Counted from the stretch's first letter, positions 28,504 to 39,203 are shown. The stretch is 64,000 bases of DNA from an uncultured virus (IMG/VR IMGVR_UViG_3300005201_000716) (IMGVR_UViG_3300005201_000716); one strand, 5' to 3'. Notes: a model not told the origin generated them from the letters alone. Numbers and translations: made by a program.

Positions 28504-29777
28504 ACATATTTAAAGGGTTGTTCCGCTCACGCGATAAGCCAAAGAACGGTATCGGAGGCAGGTGGGGATTTATATTCGGCGGTACATCAAGCGGCAAAGT
28601 CGTCAACGAGCGCACGGCGATGCAGACTACGGCTGTGTACGCTTGCGTCCGGATACTGGCTGAATCAATAGCGGGGTTGCCGCTGCATGTTTATAAATAT
28701 AAAAGCGACGGCGGTAAAGAAAAAGCCACCGGTCACCCGCTGAATAATCTGCTCCACGACGAGCCAAACCCGGAGATGACTTCATTTGTGTTCCGAGAAA
28801 CACTTATGAGCCATCTTTTAATTTACGGCAACGCATACGCGCAGATTATCCGCGACGGTCGCGGGCGCGTGTTGGCTCTTTATCCCCTGCTTCCAAGCAA
28901 AATGGAAATCAGCCGCTTGTCAAACGGCGATCTGGTCTACACCTACCGCCGCGATTTCGGTGAGGACGCATATAAAGGCAGAGACAGCGTAGTCACGCTG
29001 CGTAAAGACGAAGTGCTGCACATACCGGGGCTTGGCTTCGATGGGCTTATCGGCTACTCGCCGATAGCGATGGCGAAGAACGCCATCGGCATGGCGCTTG
29101 CTACCGAGGAATATGGCGCGAAATTCTTCTCTAACGGAGCGAATCCGGGCGGCGTGTTGGAGCATCCGGCCGTTATCAAGGATATACAGCGAGTGAAGGA
29201 CAGTTGGAACGCCGGGTATCAAGGCAGCGAAAACGCGCATAAAATTGCGATTTTAGAGGAAGGGATGAAGTTTCAGGCTATCGGCATCCCACCGGAGCAG
29301 GCGCAGTTTTTGGAAACAAGGAAATTTCAGATAAACGAAATCGCCCGCATTTTCAGGGTGCCGCCTCATATGGTCGGTGATTTGGAAAAATCCAGTTTCA
29401 GCAACATCGAACAGCAGTCTCTGGAATTCGTCAAATATACCCTTGACCCGTGGGTAGTACGTTGGGAGCAGAGCTTGCAACAGGCCCTCGTCCTTCCGTC
29501 TGAAAAGGTGAGCGTTTTTATTGGCTTTAATTTGGACGGACTATTGCGAGGGGATTATGGCAGCCGCATGAGAGGCTACTCCATCGCGCGGCAAAACGGC
29601 TGGATGAGCGCCAACGATATCCGCGAATTGGAGAATATGAACCGCATTCCCACCGAGGAAGGCGGGGACTTGTTCCTTATTAACGGCAATATGCTCCCGC
29701 TTAAGGATGCCGGGGCTTTTACAAGACGTGTTAACGGAGTTGCAACAGAAAACGGAGAGGAGGAAAAAACCAAATGA
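28500..29777 (+). CDS. HK97-family portal protein
   Basis: AVYACVRIL, GNAYA, FLETRKFQINEIARIFRVPP. Confidence 0.96.
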   Translation: MNIFKGLFRSRDKPKNGIGGRWGFIFGGTSSGKVVNERTAMQTTAVYACVRILAESIAGLPLHVYKYKSDGGKEKATGHPLNNLLHDEPNPEMTSFVFRETLMSHLLIYGNAYAQIIRDGRGRVLALYPLLPSKMEISRLSNGDLVYTYRRDFGEDAYKGRDSVVTLRKDEVLHIPGLGFDGLIGYSPIAMAKNAIGMALATEEYGAKFFSNGANPGGVLEHPAVIKDIQRVKDSWNAGYQGSENAHKIAILEEGMKFQAIGIPPEQAQFLETRKFQINEIARIFRVPPHMVGDLEKSSFSNIEQQSLEFVKYTLDPWVVRWEQSLQQALVLPSEKVSVFIGFNLDGLLRGDYGSRMRGYSIARQNGWMSANDIRELENMNRIPTEEGGDLFLINGNMLPLKDAGAFTRRVNGVATENGEEEKTK

Positions 29778-30541
29778 AGAAATTTTGGAATTTCATATCC
29801 GATGATATGGAAAACATACTGCGGATCGACGGGTACATTGCCGAAATGTCGTGGTTTGAGGACGATGTGACCCCGAAACGATTCGCAGCGGACCTCGAAA
29901 AAATCAAAGGCGATTTGACTGTCTGGATAAATTCCGGCGGCGGCGATTGCTTCGCGGCAAGCCAAATCTACACAATGCTTAAAGAACACGATGGCAATAT
30001 CACTGTCAAGATTGACGGTATCGCGGCTTCGGCGGCTTCGGTCATCGCTATGTCGGGCGATACGGTTTTGATGTCGCCCACGTCGCTTATGATGATCCAT
30101 AATCCCGCGTCGCTTATTTTCGGCGAGGTACAGGATTTGGAACGCGGCGTCGAGATGCTGAATGAAGTAAAGGAATCCATAATCAATTCCTATGAGTTGA
30201 AAACAAGGCTCTCACGCGCCAAGTTGTCACATTTGATGGATTCAGAAACTTGGTTCAGCGCGAAAAAGGCAGTAGACCTCGGCTTCGCGGACGCGATGAT
30301 GTTTGACGGAACACAGGAGTCCGCTGCGGAAGAATCACCGACAGCTTGTATGTGGAACAGCCATTCTATGGCAACGGCAGCCGTAAACGCAATGCGGAAA
30401 AAGCTGCCGCAGAAACAGGCGGAGCGAAAGCCCGAAGAAACCACACCACCCGCGGAGCCGCCGAAACCCGAAGAACCGCCAAAACCTGAAGGTACACCGA
30501 TAGAGTCGCTGGAAAAGCGGCTCTCTTTATTATCCCATTAA
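29774..30541 (+). CDS. ClpP-type prohead protease
   Basis: WINSGGGD, GIAASAASVIAM, MIHNP, ETWFSA. Confidence 0.95.
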   Translation: MKKFWNFISDDMENILRIDGYIAEMSWFEDDVTPKRFAADLEKIKGDLTVWINSGGGDCFAASQIYTMLKEHDGNITVKIDGIAASAASVIAMSGDTVLMSPTSLMMIHNPASLIFGEVQDLERGVEMLNEVKESIINSYELKTRLSRAKLSHLMDSETWFSAKKAVDLGFADAMMFDGTQESAAEESPTACMWNSHSMATAAVNAMRKKLPQKQAERKPEETTPPAEPPKPEEPPKPEGTPIESLEKRLSLLSH

Positions 30542-30563
30542 TTTTAAAGGAGGAATATTCAAA

Positions 30564-31763
30564 ATGAGCATGATTCTTGAACTGCGCGAGAAACGCGCTA
30601 AAACGTGGGACGCCGCCAAAGCGTTTTTAGACGACAAGCGAAGCGACAGCGGCTTGCTGTCCGCCGAGGACACTGCCACCTACGAAAAAATGGAGGCCGA
30701 TGTCGTGTCGCTCGGCAAGGAAATCGAACGGCTGGAGCGGCAGGCAACAATCGACGCAGAACTTGCCAAACCGACCAGTAATCCCATCACTAACAAACCT
30801 ACGAAAGACGACGGAGAGGAAAAGACCGGCAGAGCAACGGGCGAGTATAAAAAAGCGTTTTGGAACGCCATGCGCTCCAAAGTCCCCCATTCTGAGGTAT
30901 TGAACGCTCTCAGTATCGGCACGGACAGCGAAGGCGGCTACCTTGTTCCGGATGAATTCGAGCGGATTCTTGTGGCGGCGCTGCAGGACGAAAACATCAT
31001 CCGCTCCCTCGCCCATGTTATCACATCGTCTTCCGGCGACAAGAAAATCCCCGTTGTAGCCAGTAACGGCGCGGCAAGCTGGGTAGACGAGGGCGCGGCT
31101 ATCCCCTTATCGGATGATGCTTTCGGGCAGGTCAACCTTTCCGCGCACAAGCTGGCTACTATGCTAAAAATCAGCGAGGAACTCCTGAACGACAGCGCGT
31201 TCAATATGGAACAGTATACCGCTAAAGAGTTCGGCCGCAGGCTCGGCAGAGCCGAGGAAGAGGCGTTTATCAGCGGCAATGGCACAGGCAGGCCGACAGG
31301 CTTCCTGACATCGGCGCAGGTCGGCGTGACCACTACGAGTTCGACAGCCATAACGCTGGACGAGATGATTGACCTATACCACAGCCTGCGGGAACCTTAC
31401 CGTCGAAACGCTATATTCATCATGAACGATATGACGATAAAAGCAATCCGCAAGCTGAAGGACACCACAGGCGTTTATCTCTGGCAGCCGTCCGTTATTG
31501 TGGGCGCTCCTGATACTATCTTGGGCAGACCCATCAAGACCAGTACCTTTATGCCCTTACTCGAGTCTGGCAATAAGTCCATTGTTTTCGGCGATTTCAG
31601 CTATTACTGGATAGCCGACCGTCAGGGTAGGACGTTCAGGCGGCTTAACGAACTGTATGCCGCAAACGGTCAGGTAGGCTTCCTTGCAACACAGCGCGTA
31701 GACGGCAAATTGATACTGCCGGAAGCGCTCAAAGTTATGCAAATGAAAGTAACATCACCGTAA
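30564..31763 (+). CDS. HK97-fold major capsid protein
   Basis: GGYLVPDEFE, ISEELLNDS, FGDFSYYWIADR, RVDGKLILPEA. Confidence 0.96.
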   Translation: MSMILELREKRAKTWDAAKAFLDDKRSDSGLLSAEDTATYEKMEADVVSLGKEIERLERQATIDAELAKPTSNPITNKPTKDDGEEKTGRATGEYKKAFWNAMRSKVPHSEVLNALSIGTDSEGGYLVPDEFERILVAALQDENIIRSLAHVITSSSGDKKIPVVASNGAASWVDEGAAIPLSDDAFGQVNLSAHKLATMLKISEELLNDSAFNMEQYTAKEFGRRLGRAEEEAFISGNGTGRPTGFLTSAQVGVTTTSSTAITLDEMIDLYHSLREPYRRNAIFIMNDMTIKAIRKLKDTTGVYLWQPSVIVGAPDTILGRPIKTSTFMPLLESGNKSIVFGDFSYYWIADRQGRTFRRLNELYAANGQVGFLATQRVDGKLILPEALKVMQMKVTSP

Positions 31764-31784
31764 ACGAAAGGAGGCGCGGCGGCA

Positions 31785-32120
31785 ATGGCTGTAACAGCGA
31801 AAATGAAAAAACTGCTCCAGAAGACCAAGGCTAACCTTATTCTGCAGCATGACGATGATGATGCCCTGTTGCTCGGACATATTGCCGCCGCCGTTTCTTA
31901 TGCTGAAACATATCAACACCGGCCGGAAAACTTCTACGCCAAGCGCGGGAATAGTATGGCTGCAACCACTGAGCAAGCCGTCATTATGCTGTCGTCCCAT
32001 TTCTACGAAAGTCGTGACGGCAGCACAGGCGGCTTCTTCGCTGATAACGTAAACGCGGCGACGCAAGTGTGGCATACGGTCAATCGGCTGTTGGCTATGG
32101 ATAAACGATGGGAGGTGTAG
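31785..32120 (+). CDS. head-tail connector (gp6-like)
   Basis: KANLILQHDDDDALL, AVIMLSSHFYESRD. Confidence 0.9.
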   Translation: MAVTAKMKKLLQKTKANLILQHDDDDALLLGHIAAAVSYAETYQHRPENFYAKRGNSMAATTEQAVIMLSSHFYESRDGSTGGFFADNVNAATQVWHTVNRLLAMDKRWEV

Positions 32121-32122
32121 GC

Positions 32123-33112
32123 ATGGGGCAAACTTTCGGGCGGCTTGATAAAAATAAACATACCGCCGAGGACTTAAAAATAATGCAGGCTTGGCCGCTC
32201 TCCCGAAAAATCCAAGTCACACAAACCCGGATAATGGAATGGTATATGAAGTTCAAGGGCAAGTGCGCCGTGAACTTTAGCGGAGGTGTGGACAGCACTG
32301 TCCTTTTGGATTTAGCGCGGCGATGCTATCCCGATATCCCCGCAATCTTTGTGGATACAACTTTAGAGTATCCAGAAATCGTGGAGTTTGTGAAAAGCAA
32401 GCCGAATATTATGGTAATAAGGCCGCAGTTTTGTAAGGTGTGTGTGAACTGTGCGGAAGGTTGTTTTCCTAAAATCGTCCGCACGCACGGCTGGAATTTT
32501 CCGGGAAAAGATGTGGCTATGTCGGTTAAGTACGCGCGGCGTGGTTCCAAATGGGCGCTCGACCGTTTCGCCGGATTGAATGCGGACGGCTCGGAAAGTG
32601 TATATAAAAGAGAACGATATGGGCGGTGGGCGTTCCTTGTAAATTCCAAACATCTCGTATCCGATGAGTGCTGTAAGATTCTTAAGGAAAAGCCTCTCGA
32701 CAAATGGCACAAGGAAACCGGAAACGCACCGATTGTCGGAACGCTCGCCAGTGAAAGCAGGAGACGGTGCGACGCATGGCTCCTCACCGGCTGCAATGCT
32801 TTTGATGCGAAAAAGCCTGTCAGTAAGCCGCTATCCTTTTGGACGCATAGCGATATTCTGTGCTACATCCGCGATTTCAATATTCCGTATGCGTCTATTT
32901 ACGGCGATATCGTGGAGGATAAGAATGGGAAGCTAAAGACTACCGGGGCGAAACAGACAGGTTGTTCGTTATGTCCGACCGGCTGTCATTTAGACAAGGT
33001 AAACAAGTACCAACGAATGAAACAGACACACCCGGATTTATGGGATTACGGCATAAACTCGCTCGGTTTGGGCGAGTTTCTTGATTTTATGGGTGTGGAT
33101 TACGGAGGTTAA
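32123..33112 (+). CDS. PAPS-reductase-family protein
   Basis: PP-loop FSGGVDSTVL, CCKILKEKP, TGC..CP; inserted among neck genes. Confidence 0.88.
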   Translation: MGQTFGRLDKNKHTAEDLKIMQAWPLSRKIQVTQTRIMEWYMKFKGKCAVNFSGGVDSTVLLDLARRCYPDIPAIFVDTTLEYPEIVEFVKSKPNIMVIRPQFCKVCVNCAEGCFPKIVRTHGWNFPGKDVAMSVKYARRGSKWALDRFAGLNADGSESVYKRERYGRWAFLVNSKHLVSDECCKILKEKPLDKWHKETGNAPIVGTLASESRRRCDAWLLTGCNAFDAKKPVSKPLSFWTHSDILCYIRDFNIPYASIYGDIVEDKNGKLKTTGAKQTGCSLCPTGCHLDKVNKYQRMKQTHPDLWDYGINSLGLGEFLDFMGVDYGG

Positions 33113-33113
33113 G

Positions 33114-33449
33114 ATGATGAGTTACGGGAAAATGCAAGAATTTATAGAAATCGTCACAACAGCGCCCGTCAAGGACGCCGAGGGCTTCGCCACATCCGGT
33201 GACACCGTACTCGCCAATGTCCGGGCATACTTCGAGCCGAAAAACAGCACGGAAAAATGGCGTAACAACACCGTGTTCGCGGAAGCCTCCGCTCTCTTTC
33301 GCTTCCGTAAAATTTCCGGTGTAATCATTGACACCACTATGATAATCATCCGCGGCGGTGAGCGTTACAATATCATATCGGCAGAGGACGTGCGCGAGCG
33401 CGGGATGTACGTTGAGGTTCTGGCAAAGGCGGTGAGCAGCAGTGGCTAA
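33114..33449 (+). CDS. head-tail adaptor / head closure protein
   Basis: position; KDAEGF, ALFRFR, YNIISAEDVR..GMYVEVLA. Confidence 0.88.
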   Translation: MMSYGKMQEFIEIVTTAPVKDAEGFATSGDTVLANVRAYFEPKNSTEKWRNNTVFAEASALFRFRKISGVIIDTTMIIIRGGERYNIISAEDVRERGMYVEVLAKAVSSSG

Positions 33450-33873
33450 AGCTGACTTTAAGATGCCGGAGGATTTTTTAATGAAAATCTCCGCGTTAGG
33501 CGACAGGACGGACGATATCGTCCCTCGCGTACTTGAAGCGGGCGGAGAGGTTATGCTCGCAAAGGTCAAAAGCAACCTCCAAGCGGTAATCGGCAGAGGC
33601 ACAAAGTACGAATCCCGCTCCACAGGGGAGCTCGCGGGCGCGCTGGGCGTTTCCGGCGCCCGTATGGATCGGGATGGCAATCACAATGTCAAGGTAGGTT
33701 TGGTCGAACCGCGCTCCGGCGGAGGCAGTAACGCCAAAATCGCCAACATCATCGAACACGGCAAGCACGGCCAACCCGCCAAACCGTTTCTAAAGCCCGC
33801 GAAATCAGCGGCGAAGAATGCCTGTGTTGAGGCTATGAAAAGCAAGCTGGAGGAGGAGATAAACAATATATGA
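33442..33873 (+). CDS. HK97 gp10-like neck protein
   Basis: TGELAGAL, IEHGKHGQPAKPFLKPA. Confidence 0.9.
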   Translation: MAKADFKMPEDFLMKISALGDRTDDIVPRVLEAGGEVMLAKVKSNLQAVIGRGTKYESRSTGELAGALGVSGARMDRDGNHNVKVGLVEPRSGGGSNAKIANIIEHGKHGQPAKPFLKPAKSAAKNACVEAMKSKLEEEINNI

Positions 33874-34211
33874 GTTTTTTAGCGGAATTGAACGCTCTCC
33901 TGTCCGGGTTTGGTTTGCCGGTTGAAACAGGCGTCTTTTCCGGTAAAGCGCCGGATGAATATGTCGTGATAACACCGATGGCCGACACTTTTGAGGTTCA
34001 CGCGGACAACCGTCCCCAGTCGGAAACGCAGGAGGCGCGATTGTCCCTGTTTTCAAAAGGAAATTATCTCGCCCGAAAAAACGAGGTCACGCAGGCATTG
34101 TTGTCAGCGGATTTCACGATTACCGGGCGGCTGTATGTCGGGTATGAGGACGACACCGGATATCATCATTATTCCGTCGACGTCCTTAAAAATTATGAAC
34201 TGGAGGATTGA
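33870..34211 (+). CDS. tail completion/terminator protein
   Basis: position before MTP; YEDDTGYHHY motif. Confidence 0.8.
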   Translation: MSFLAELNALLSGFGLPVETGVFSGKAPDEYVVITPMADTFEVHADNRPQSETQEARLSLFSKGNYLARKNEVTQALLSADFTITGRLYVGYEDDTGYHHYSVDVLKNYELED

Positions 34212-34216
34212 TCAAT

Positions 34217-34810
34217 ATGGCTACAATAGGACTTGACCGGCTCTACTACGCGCCGATTACTGAAGCGCCATTAACGGGCGAGGAAACATACGGTTCACCC
34301 GTAATGCTGGCGAAAGCTATCTCTGCCGAATTATCGGTGGAGCTTTCGGAAGCGGTTTTATACGCCGATGACGGCGCCGCCGAAATTATCAAGGAATTCA
34401 AAGGCGGCAAGCTCACCCTTGGCGTAGACGACATTGGCCGTGTGGCGGCTGAAAAACTGACCGGCGCCACCACCGACGACAACGGTGTGCTTGTTTCAGC
34501 GAGCGAGGACAGTGGCACACTTGTCGCTATCGGCTTCCGCGCACAAAAATCAAACGGCAAATACCGTTATTTTTGGCTGTATAAAGTTAAATTTGCCGTA
34601 CCATCCGACAGCTTGGCGACAAAGGGCGATACCATCACATTCCAGACTCCAAAAATCGAAGGCACGGTTATGCGCCGTAACAGACTGGACGGAAACGGGC
34701 GACATCCTTGGAAGGCAGAGGTTACCGAGGGAGATCAAGGGGTGGTATCAACGACCATTAGCGGTTGGTACACACAAGTATATGAACCCACGTTCACGGC
34801 AGAAGTTTAA
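34217..34810 (+). CDS. major tail protein (phi13 family)
   Basis: MATIGLD.LYYA, LYADDG, AIGFRA.KSNGKYRYFWLYKVKF. Confidence 0.93.
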   Translation: MATIGLDRLYYAPITEAPLTGEETYGSPVMLAKAISAELSVELSEAVLYADDGAAEIIKEFKGGKLTLGVDDIGRVAAEKLTGATTDDNGVLVSASEDSGTLVAIGFRAQKSNGKYRYFWLYKVKFAVPSDSLATKGDTITFQTPKIEGTVMRRNRLDGNGRHPWKAEVTEGDQGVVSTTISGWYTQVYEPTFTAEV

Positions 34811-34824
34811 GGAGGGCCTAACAG

Positions 34825-35211
34825 ATGGATAATGAAAGAAAAGCGATGATAAATATCGGCGGTACGGATTATGAACTTATCCTCACCACACGCGCCACAA
34901 AAGAAATCGCCAAACGCTACGGCGGGCTTGAGAATCTCGGCGAAAAGTTGATGAAATCGGAAAATTTTGAGATGGCGCTTGAGGAGATTGTGTGGCTGCT
35001 TACACTTCTCGCCAATCAGAGTCTGCTAATCAATAATCTCAAAAATCCTACTAACAAGAAAGACCTGCTCACCGAAGATTTATTAGAACTACTCACTTCG
35101 CCGCTTGAACTGGCGTCATACAAGAATGCCATCACCGATGCGATGTTCAAGGGAACAAAGCGCAATATCGAAAGCGAGGACGACGGCTCAAAAAACGCGG
35201 AGGTCGGGTAA
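34825..35211 (+). CDS. tail assembly chaperone (gpG-like)
   Basis: between MTP and TMP; ends just after slippery A_AAA_AAC (35190-35196). Confidence 0.85.
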   Translation: MDNERKAMINIGGTDYELILTTRATKEIAKRYGGLENLGEKLMKSENFEMALEEIVWLLTLLANQSLLINNLKNPTNKKDLLTEDLLELLTSPLELASYKNAITDAMFKGTKRNIESEDDGSKNAEVG

Positions 35212-35399
35212 GCGACGAGGAATTGTTTACCCGACTTTTATATTACGGCACGGTGCATCTGAACCGCTCCGAGGACGAAACGTGGCTCACGCCGTTCGGC
35301 CTGCTGATGGACTTGTGGGAGTGCCATAAGCAGTTCTTAAGGCTGGCGAAACCGAAGATAGATTTATTTATTGACGACGTCATACCAGAAGGCGTCTGA
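35208..35399 (+). CDS. gpT-like extension reached by -1 frameshift
   Basis: open -1 frame (VSDEELFTRLLYYGTVHL...EGV*) with no ATG/RBS of its own; absent from the ORF track. Confidence 0.75.
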   Translation, partial: VSDEELFTRLLYYGTVHLNRSEDETWLTPFGLLMDLWECHKQFLRLAKPKIDLFIDDVIPEGV

Positions 35400-35423
35400 T
35401 TTTTATTTGGGAGGAAGCGCGGT

Positions 35424-38400
35424 ATGTCTGATAATTTCGGGCTCAAAATTGGGGTCGAAGGCGAAAAGCAGTTTAAACAGGCTCTTTCGGAAATCAATCA
35501 GTCGTTTAAAGTCCTCGGCTCCGAGATGCAGTTAGTGACGAGCCAATTCGATAAAAACGACAAATCCGCAGCCGCGCTTGCTTCCCGGAATCAGGTACTC
35601 AATAAGGAGATCGACCAACAGAAAGACAAAATCACCACCTTGCGTTCGGCGCTTCAAAACGCGTCTGAGAGTTTCGGTGAAAATGATAAACGCACCCAAA
35701 GCTGGCAAATCGCTCTGAATAAAGCCGAAGCCGAGCTTAATGGCATGGAGCGGGAGCTTGGTGAAAATGAAAAAGCACTTGACGGCGTCGGCGACGAGAT
35801 GCAGGAAACCGCGAAAGACAGTGACAAACTGGGCGATGAGATGAATGAAACAGGTAAAGAGGCCGACGCTGCCGGAGGTAAGTTTGAAAAGCTGGGCAGT
35901 ATTCTCAAAGGCGTCGGCGCCGCTATGGGCGCGGCGTTTGTAGCGGTTGGCGCGGCTGTTATTTCAGCTACCAAGGCATTAACGGAAATGGCGGTCGGCA
36001 CGGCGGCTTACGCAGACAACATTCTTACTATGGCAACTAACACAGGAATGTCAACGGAGGCTTTGCAAGCATACAAATACGCCGCCGAATTGGTCGACGT
36101 TTCTATGGAAACACTCACAAAAAGTATGGCGAAGCAAATAAAGTCAATGGACGCGGCACGGGACGGCAACTCGAATATGCAAGCCGCATACGACGCTCTC
36201 GGCGTTTCCGTCGCCGACGTTAACGGTAAACTCCGCGACGGCGATACGGTATACTGGGAGGCTATCGACGCCCTCGGTAAAATAGAGGAAGGTGCGGAGC
36301 GCGATGCCCTTGCTATGCAGATTTTCGGCAAATCGGCGCAAGACTTAAATTCATTAATCGCCGTAGGTTCACAAGGAATAGCTGAACTAACGGATGAAGC
36401 GCATCGTATGGGCGTTATTATGTCCGAAGATATGCTGAATATGGCGGGTGCTTTCGATGATACCGTTCAAAGGCTTAAATCAGGAGCGGCCGCGGCCAAG
36501 AACGCTCTCGGTATGGTGCTGATGCCGCAGCTTAACGCGCTTGGCACAGAGGGAGTAGAGCTTCTCGGCAACTTCACCCGGAGTTTAAATGAGGCGGGCG
36601 GCGACTGGTCGAAAATCAGCGGTGTCATAGGTGAAGCGGTAGGCGGTATTGCCGATGTGATACTGGGTCAGCTTCCGCAAATCATAGAAACGTCGATGTC
36701 GATAGTATCCGCTCTCGGCGGGGCGATTTTAGATAACATCCCCGTACTGGCGGACACGGCTTCACAAATCGTAATGGGGCTTTTGGAAGGGCTTATAACC
36801 GCGTTACCCGGTCTGAGCGAGGGTGCGGTTGCCCTTGTGCTTGAACTTGTAAACGGTATACTGTCAAATTTACCTGCGCTGGTGGAAGCGGCAGTACAGA
36901 TGATAACAACACTGGTTATGGGTATAGCGGGCGCTCTGCCTGATTTGATACCGGCGGGTGTTAACGCCGTGACTGCGGTAGTTCAAGGCTTAGTGGATAA
37001 CCTTCCGATGTTATTGGACGCAGCGCTTCAGCTTGTCCTTGGATTGACACAGGGTATTTTGGACGCACTGCCCCAGTTAATAGCCGCGTTGCCCGCTATT
37101 ATCATCGGCATAGTGGACTTTATTATCGGCGCGATACCGCAAATCATTGACGCGGGCGTAAAACTTCTTATGTCACTGGTGGAGGCTCTGCCGGAAACTA
37201 CAACAGCGATAATAACGGCGATAGGGGCAGCAATCCCGCAGATTGCTGACGCGTTTATTAGTTTGCTTACCTCAGTAGTGGACGTTCTGCCTGAGATTAT
37301 CGCTATCATCGTAGACGTATTGCCACAGATAGTCACGGGTATTGTGGACGCGCTTCTTGAAGCGCTGCCCATAATAATGGAAACATTCGTTACATTGTTG
37401 ACTTCCCTCGTGGAAGCCCTGCCTCAGATTATTGAAGCCGTCGTAGCCGTGCTTCCTGAACTTATAAACGCGATTGTAAATACAATAAGAGAAGCCGTAC
37501 CCTTGTTGGTTGAAGCCGGAATAGAGCTTCTGACCGCGCTGATTGGCGCTTTGCCTGAAATAATCGCGGCGATAGTCGATGCTCTGCCTGAGATCATAGC
37601 GACGATAGTCGAAGCCTTGCGGACGATAATCGACGCGGTGTTATCGGCAATTGTGGATATGATACCGCTTCTAATCGACGCCGGAATAGACCTTTTTACA
37701 GCGCTTGTGGGAGCGTCTCCTGAAATTATTAAAACAATAGTAGAATTGATACCGATAATCATCACGGCGATTGTAGACGCTATAGTGGAAGCGATGCCGC
37801 TCATAATAGATGCGGGGATAGGACTTTTCACCTCGCTTATTGACGCTATGCCGGAAATTATTGAGGCCCTGCTAACCGCGATTCCGCAGATAATAACCAG
37901 TCTGATTGCAGCGATTATCGGCTCAATCCCGAAAATAATCGAAGCGGGTGTTAAGCTGTTTATTTCGCTGATTCAGAACCTACCAACTATTATAGCTGAG
38001 ATTGTGAAGGCAATCCCCGAGATCATCAAAGGATTAGTCACAGGGATATTAGGCTCAATTCCTCAGATTGTGGAAGCGGGGGTCAAATTATTTATTTCGC
38101 TTATACAGAACCTGCCGGCCATCATATGGGAGATTATCAAGGCCGTACCGCAGATCATATCCGCGCTTGTGGATGCTTTCACGGGTTATTGGAGCAAAAT
38201 GGGCGAGGTTGGAATGGACTTAATCAAAGGTTTATGGCAGGGGATTTCCGACGCGGGCGCTTGGCTTCGGGATAAAATATCAGGTTTCTTCGGCGGCGTA
38301 GTTGACAGTATTAAGGATTTTTTCGGCATACACTCGCCGTCTACATTGTTTGCGAAACTTGGCGGTAATATGGCCGAGGGCCTTGGAGCCGGTTTCGGCG

Positions 38401-38657
38401 CGGAGATGAACAAAGTCGGCCGGGATATGCAAAAAGCGATTCCGACCGATTTTAGCGTAGCCGCTAACATTCGCGGCGGGTTCGCCACGAGCGGCTATAG
38501 TGGAGACGGCGCGGGCGAGGATGGCGCGGGTATTGTCAACCACTTCCATTTAAACGGTGTCGTCGTCCGCGAGGAAGCGGACATAGACAAAATCGCGGGC
38601 GCATTGTTCAGGAAACAACAGCAAACGCAGCGTGGCAGAGGGGTGGTATTCGCTTGA
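35424..38657 (+). CDS. tape measure protein 1 (1077 aa)
   Basis: coiled-coil N-terminus, 11-residue LP.I..A repeats, FFGIHSPS C-terminal motif. Confidence 0.95.
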   Translation: MSDNFGLKIGVEGEKQFKQALSEINQSFKVLGSEMQLVTSQFDKNDKSAAALASRNQVLNKEIDQQKDKITTLRSALQNASESFGENDKRTQSWQIALNKAEAELNGMERELGENEKALDGVGDEMQETAKDSDKLGDEMNETGKEADAAGGKFEKLGSILKGVGAAMGAAFVAVGAAVISATKALTEMAVGTAAYADNILTMATNTGMSTEALQAYKYAAELVDVSMETLTKSMAKQIKSMDAARDGNSNMQAAYDALGVSVADVNGKLRDGDTVYWEAIDALGKIEEGAERDALAMQIFGKSAQDLNSLIAVGSQGIAELTDEAHRMGVIMSEDMLNMAGAFDDTVQRLKSGAAAAKNALGMVLMPQLNALGTEGVELLGNFTRSLNEAGGDWSKISGVIGEAVGGIADVILGQLPQIIETSMSIVSALGGAILDNIPVLADTASQIVMGLLEGLITALPGLSEGAVALVLELVNGILSNLPALVEAAVQMITTLVMGIAGALPDLIPAGVNAVTAVVQGLVDNLPMLLDAALQLVLGLTQGILDALPQLIAALPAIIIGIVDFIIGAIPQIIDAGVKLLMSLVEALPETTTAIITAIGAAIPQIADAFISLLTSVVDVLPEIIAIIVDVLPQIVTGIVDALLEALPIIMETFVTLLTSLVEALPQIIEAVVAVLPELINAIVNTIREAVPLLVEAGIELLTALIGALPEIIAAIVDALPEIIATIVEALRTIIDAVLSAIVDMIPLLIDAGIDLFTALVGASPEIIKTIVELIPIIITAIVDAIVEAMPLIIDAGIGLFTSLIDAMPEIIEALLTAIPQIITSLIAAIIGSIPKIIEAGVKLFISLIQNLPTIIAEIVKAIPEIIKGLVTGILGSIPQIVEAGVKLFISLIQNLPAIIWEIIKAVPQIISALVDAFTGYWSKMGEVGMDLIKGLWQGISDAGAWLRDKISGFFGGVVDSIKDFFGIHSPSTLFAKLGGNMAEGLGAGFGAEMNKVGRDMQKAIPTDFSVAANIRGGFATSGYSGDGAGEDGAGIVNHFHLNGVVVREEADIDKIAGALFRKQQQTQRGRGVVFA

Positions 38658-39202
38658 AATATGGATATGGCTTTACATTTAATAATAAACACAGCGGGGA
38701 TTTTCGCGTTGTGGCGAAGTCTGACGACAGAAGCCTTTTGCCCGAAAAACGGCGTAACGAGTTTGTCGTGCCGGGGCGCGACGGCGCGGTTGATTATGGA
38801 AACAGCACCTACGAAAAGCGCGTCATAACGGTAAGGATTACACTGGTAACGTATAATCTGCAAAACTTACGTGAAGCGGCGCGCTTGGCGGCCAAGTGGC
38901 TTTCCGGCGACGGGCTTTTGATTTTTGACGACGAACCGGGCAAGGCATACCGGGCGAGGGTTTATCAGCCGCTTTCGATTACGCAGTTAATAAATTGCGG
39001 TGAAACCGTTGTGCCGTTCGAGTGTCAGCCGTTTGCCGAAAGCCCGCTTTATAATCAGATAACGGAAATGATAAGCGACAAGCCCCACGAAACGCCTGTC
39101 ACGCCTACGGGTACGCAAGATATGCCGTGTATTATTTATATTAAAAATGTCGGAACTGCTGATGTATCAAATATAACGATTACAAGAAAGGCGGGCGAAT
39201 AA
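38654..39202 (+). CDS. distal tail (Dit)-like protein, module 1
   Basis: FTFNNKHS, VPGRDG, LIFDDEP.K.Y.A, F.CQPFA. Confidence 0.85.
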   Translation: MKYGYGFTFNNKHSGDFRVVAKSDDRSLLPEKRRNEFVVPGRDGAVDYGNSTYEKRVITVRITLVTYNLQNLREAARLAAKWLSGDGLLIFDDEPGKAYRARVYQPLSITQLINCGETVVPFECQPFAESPLYNQITEMISDKPHETPVTPTGTQDMPCIIYIKNVGTADVSNITITRKAGE

Positions 39203-39203
39203 A

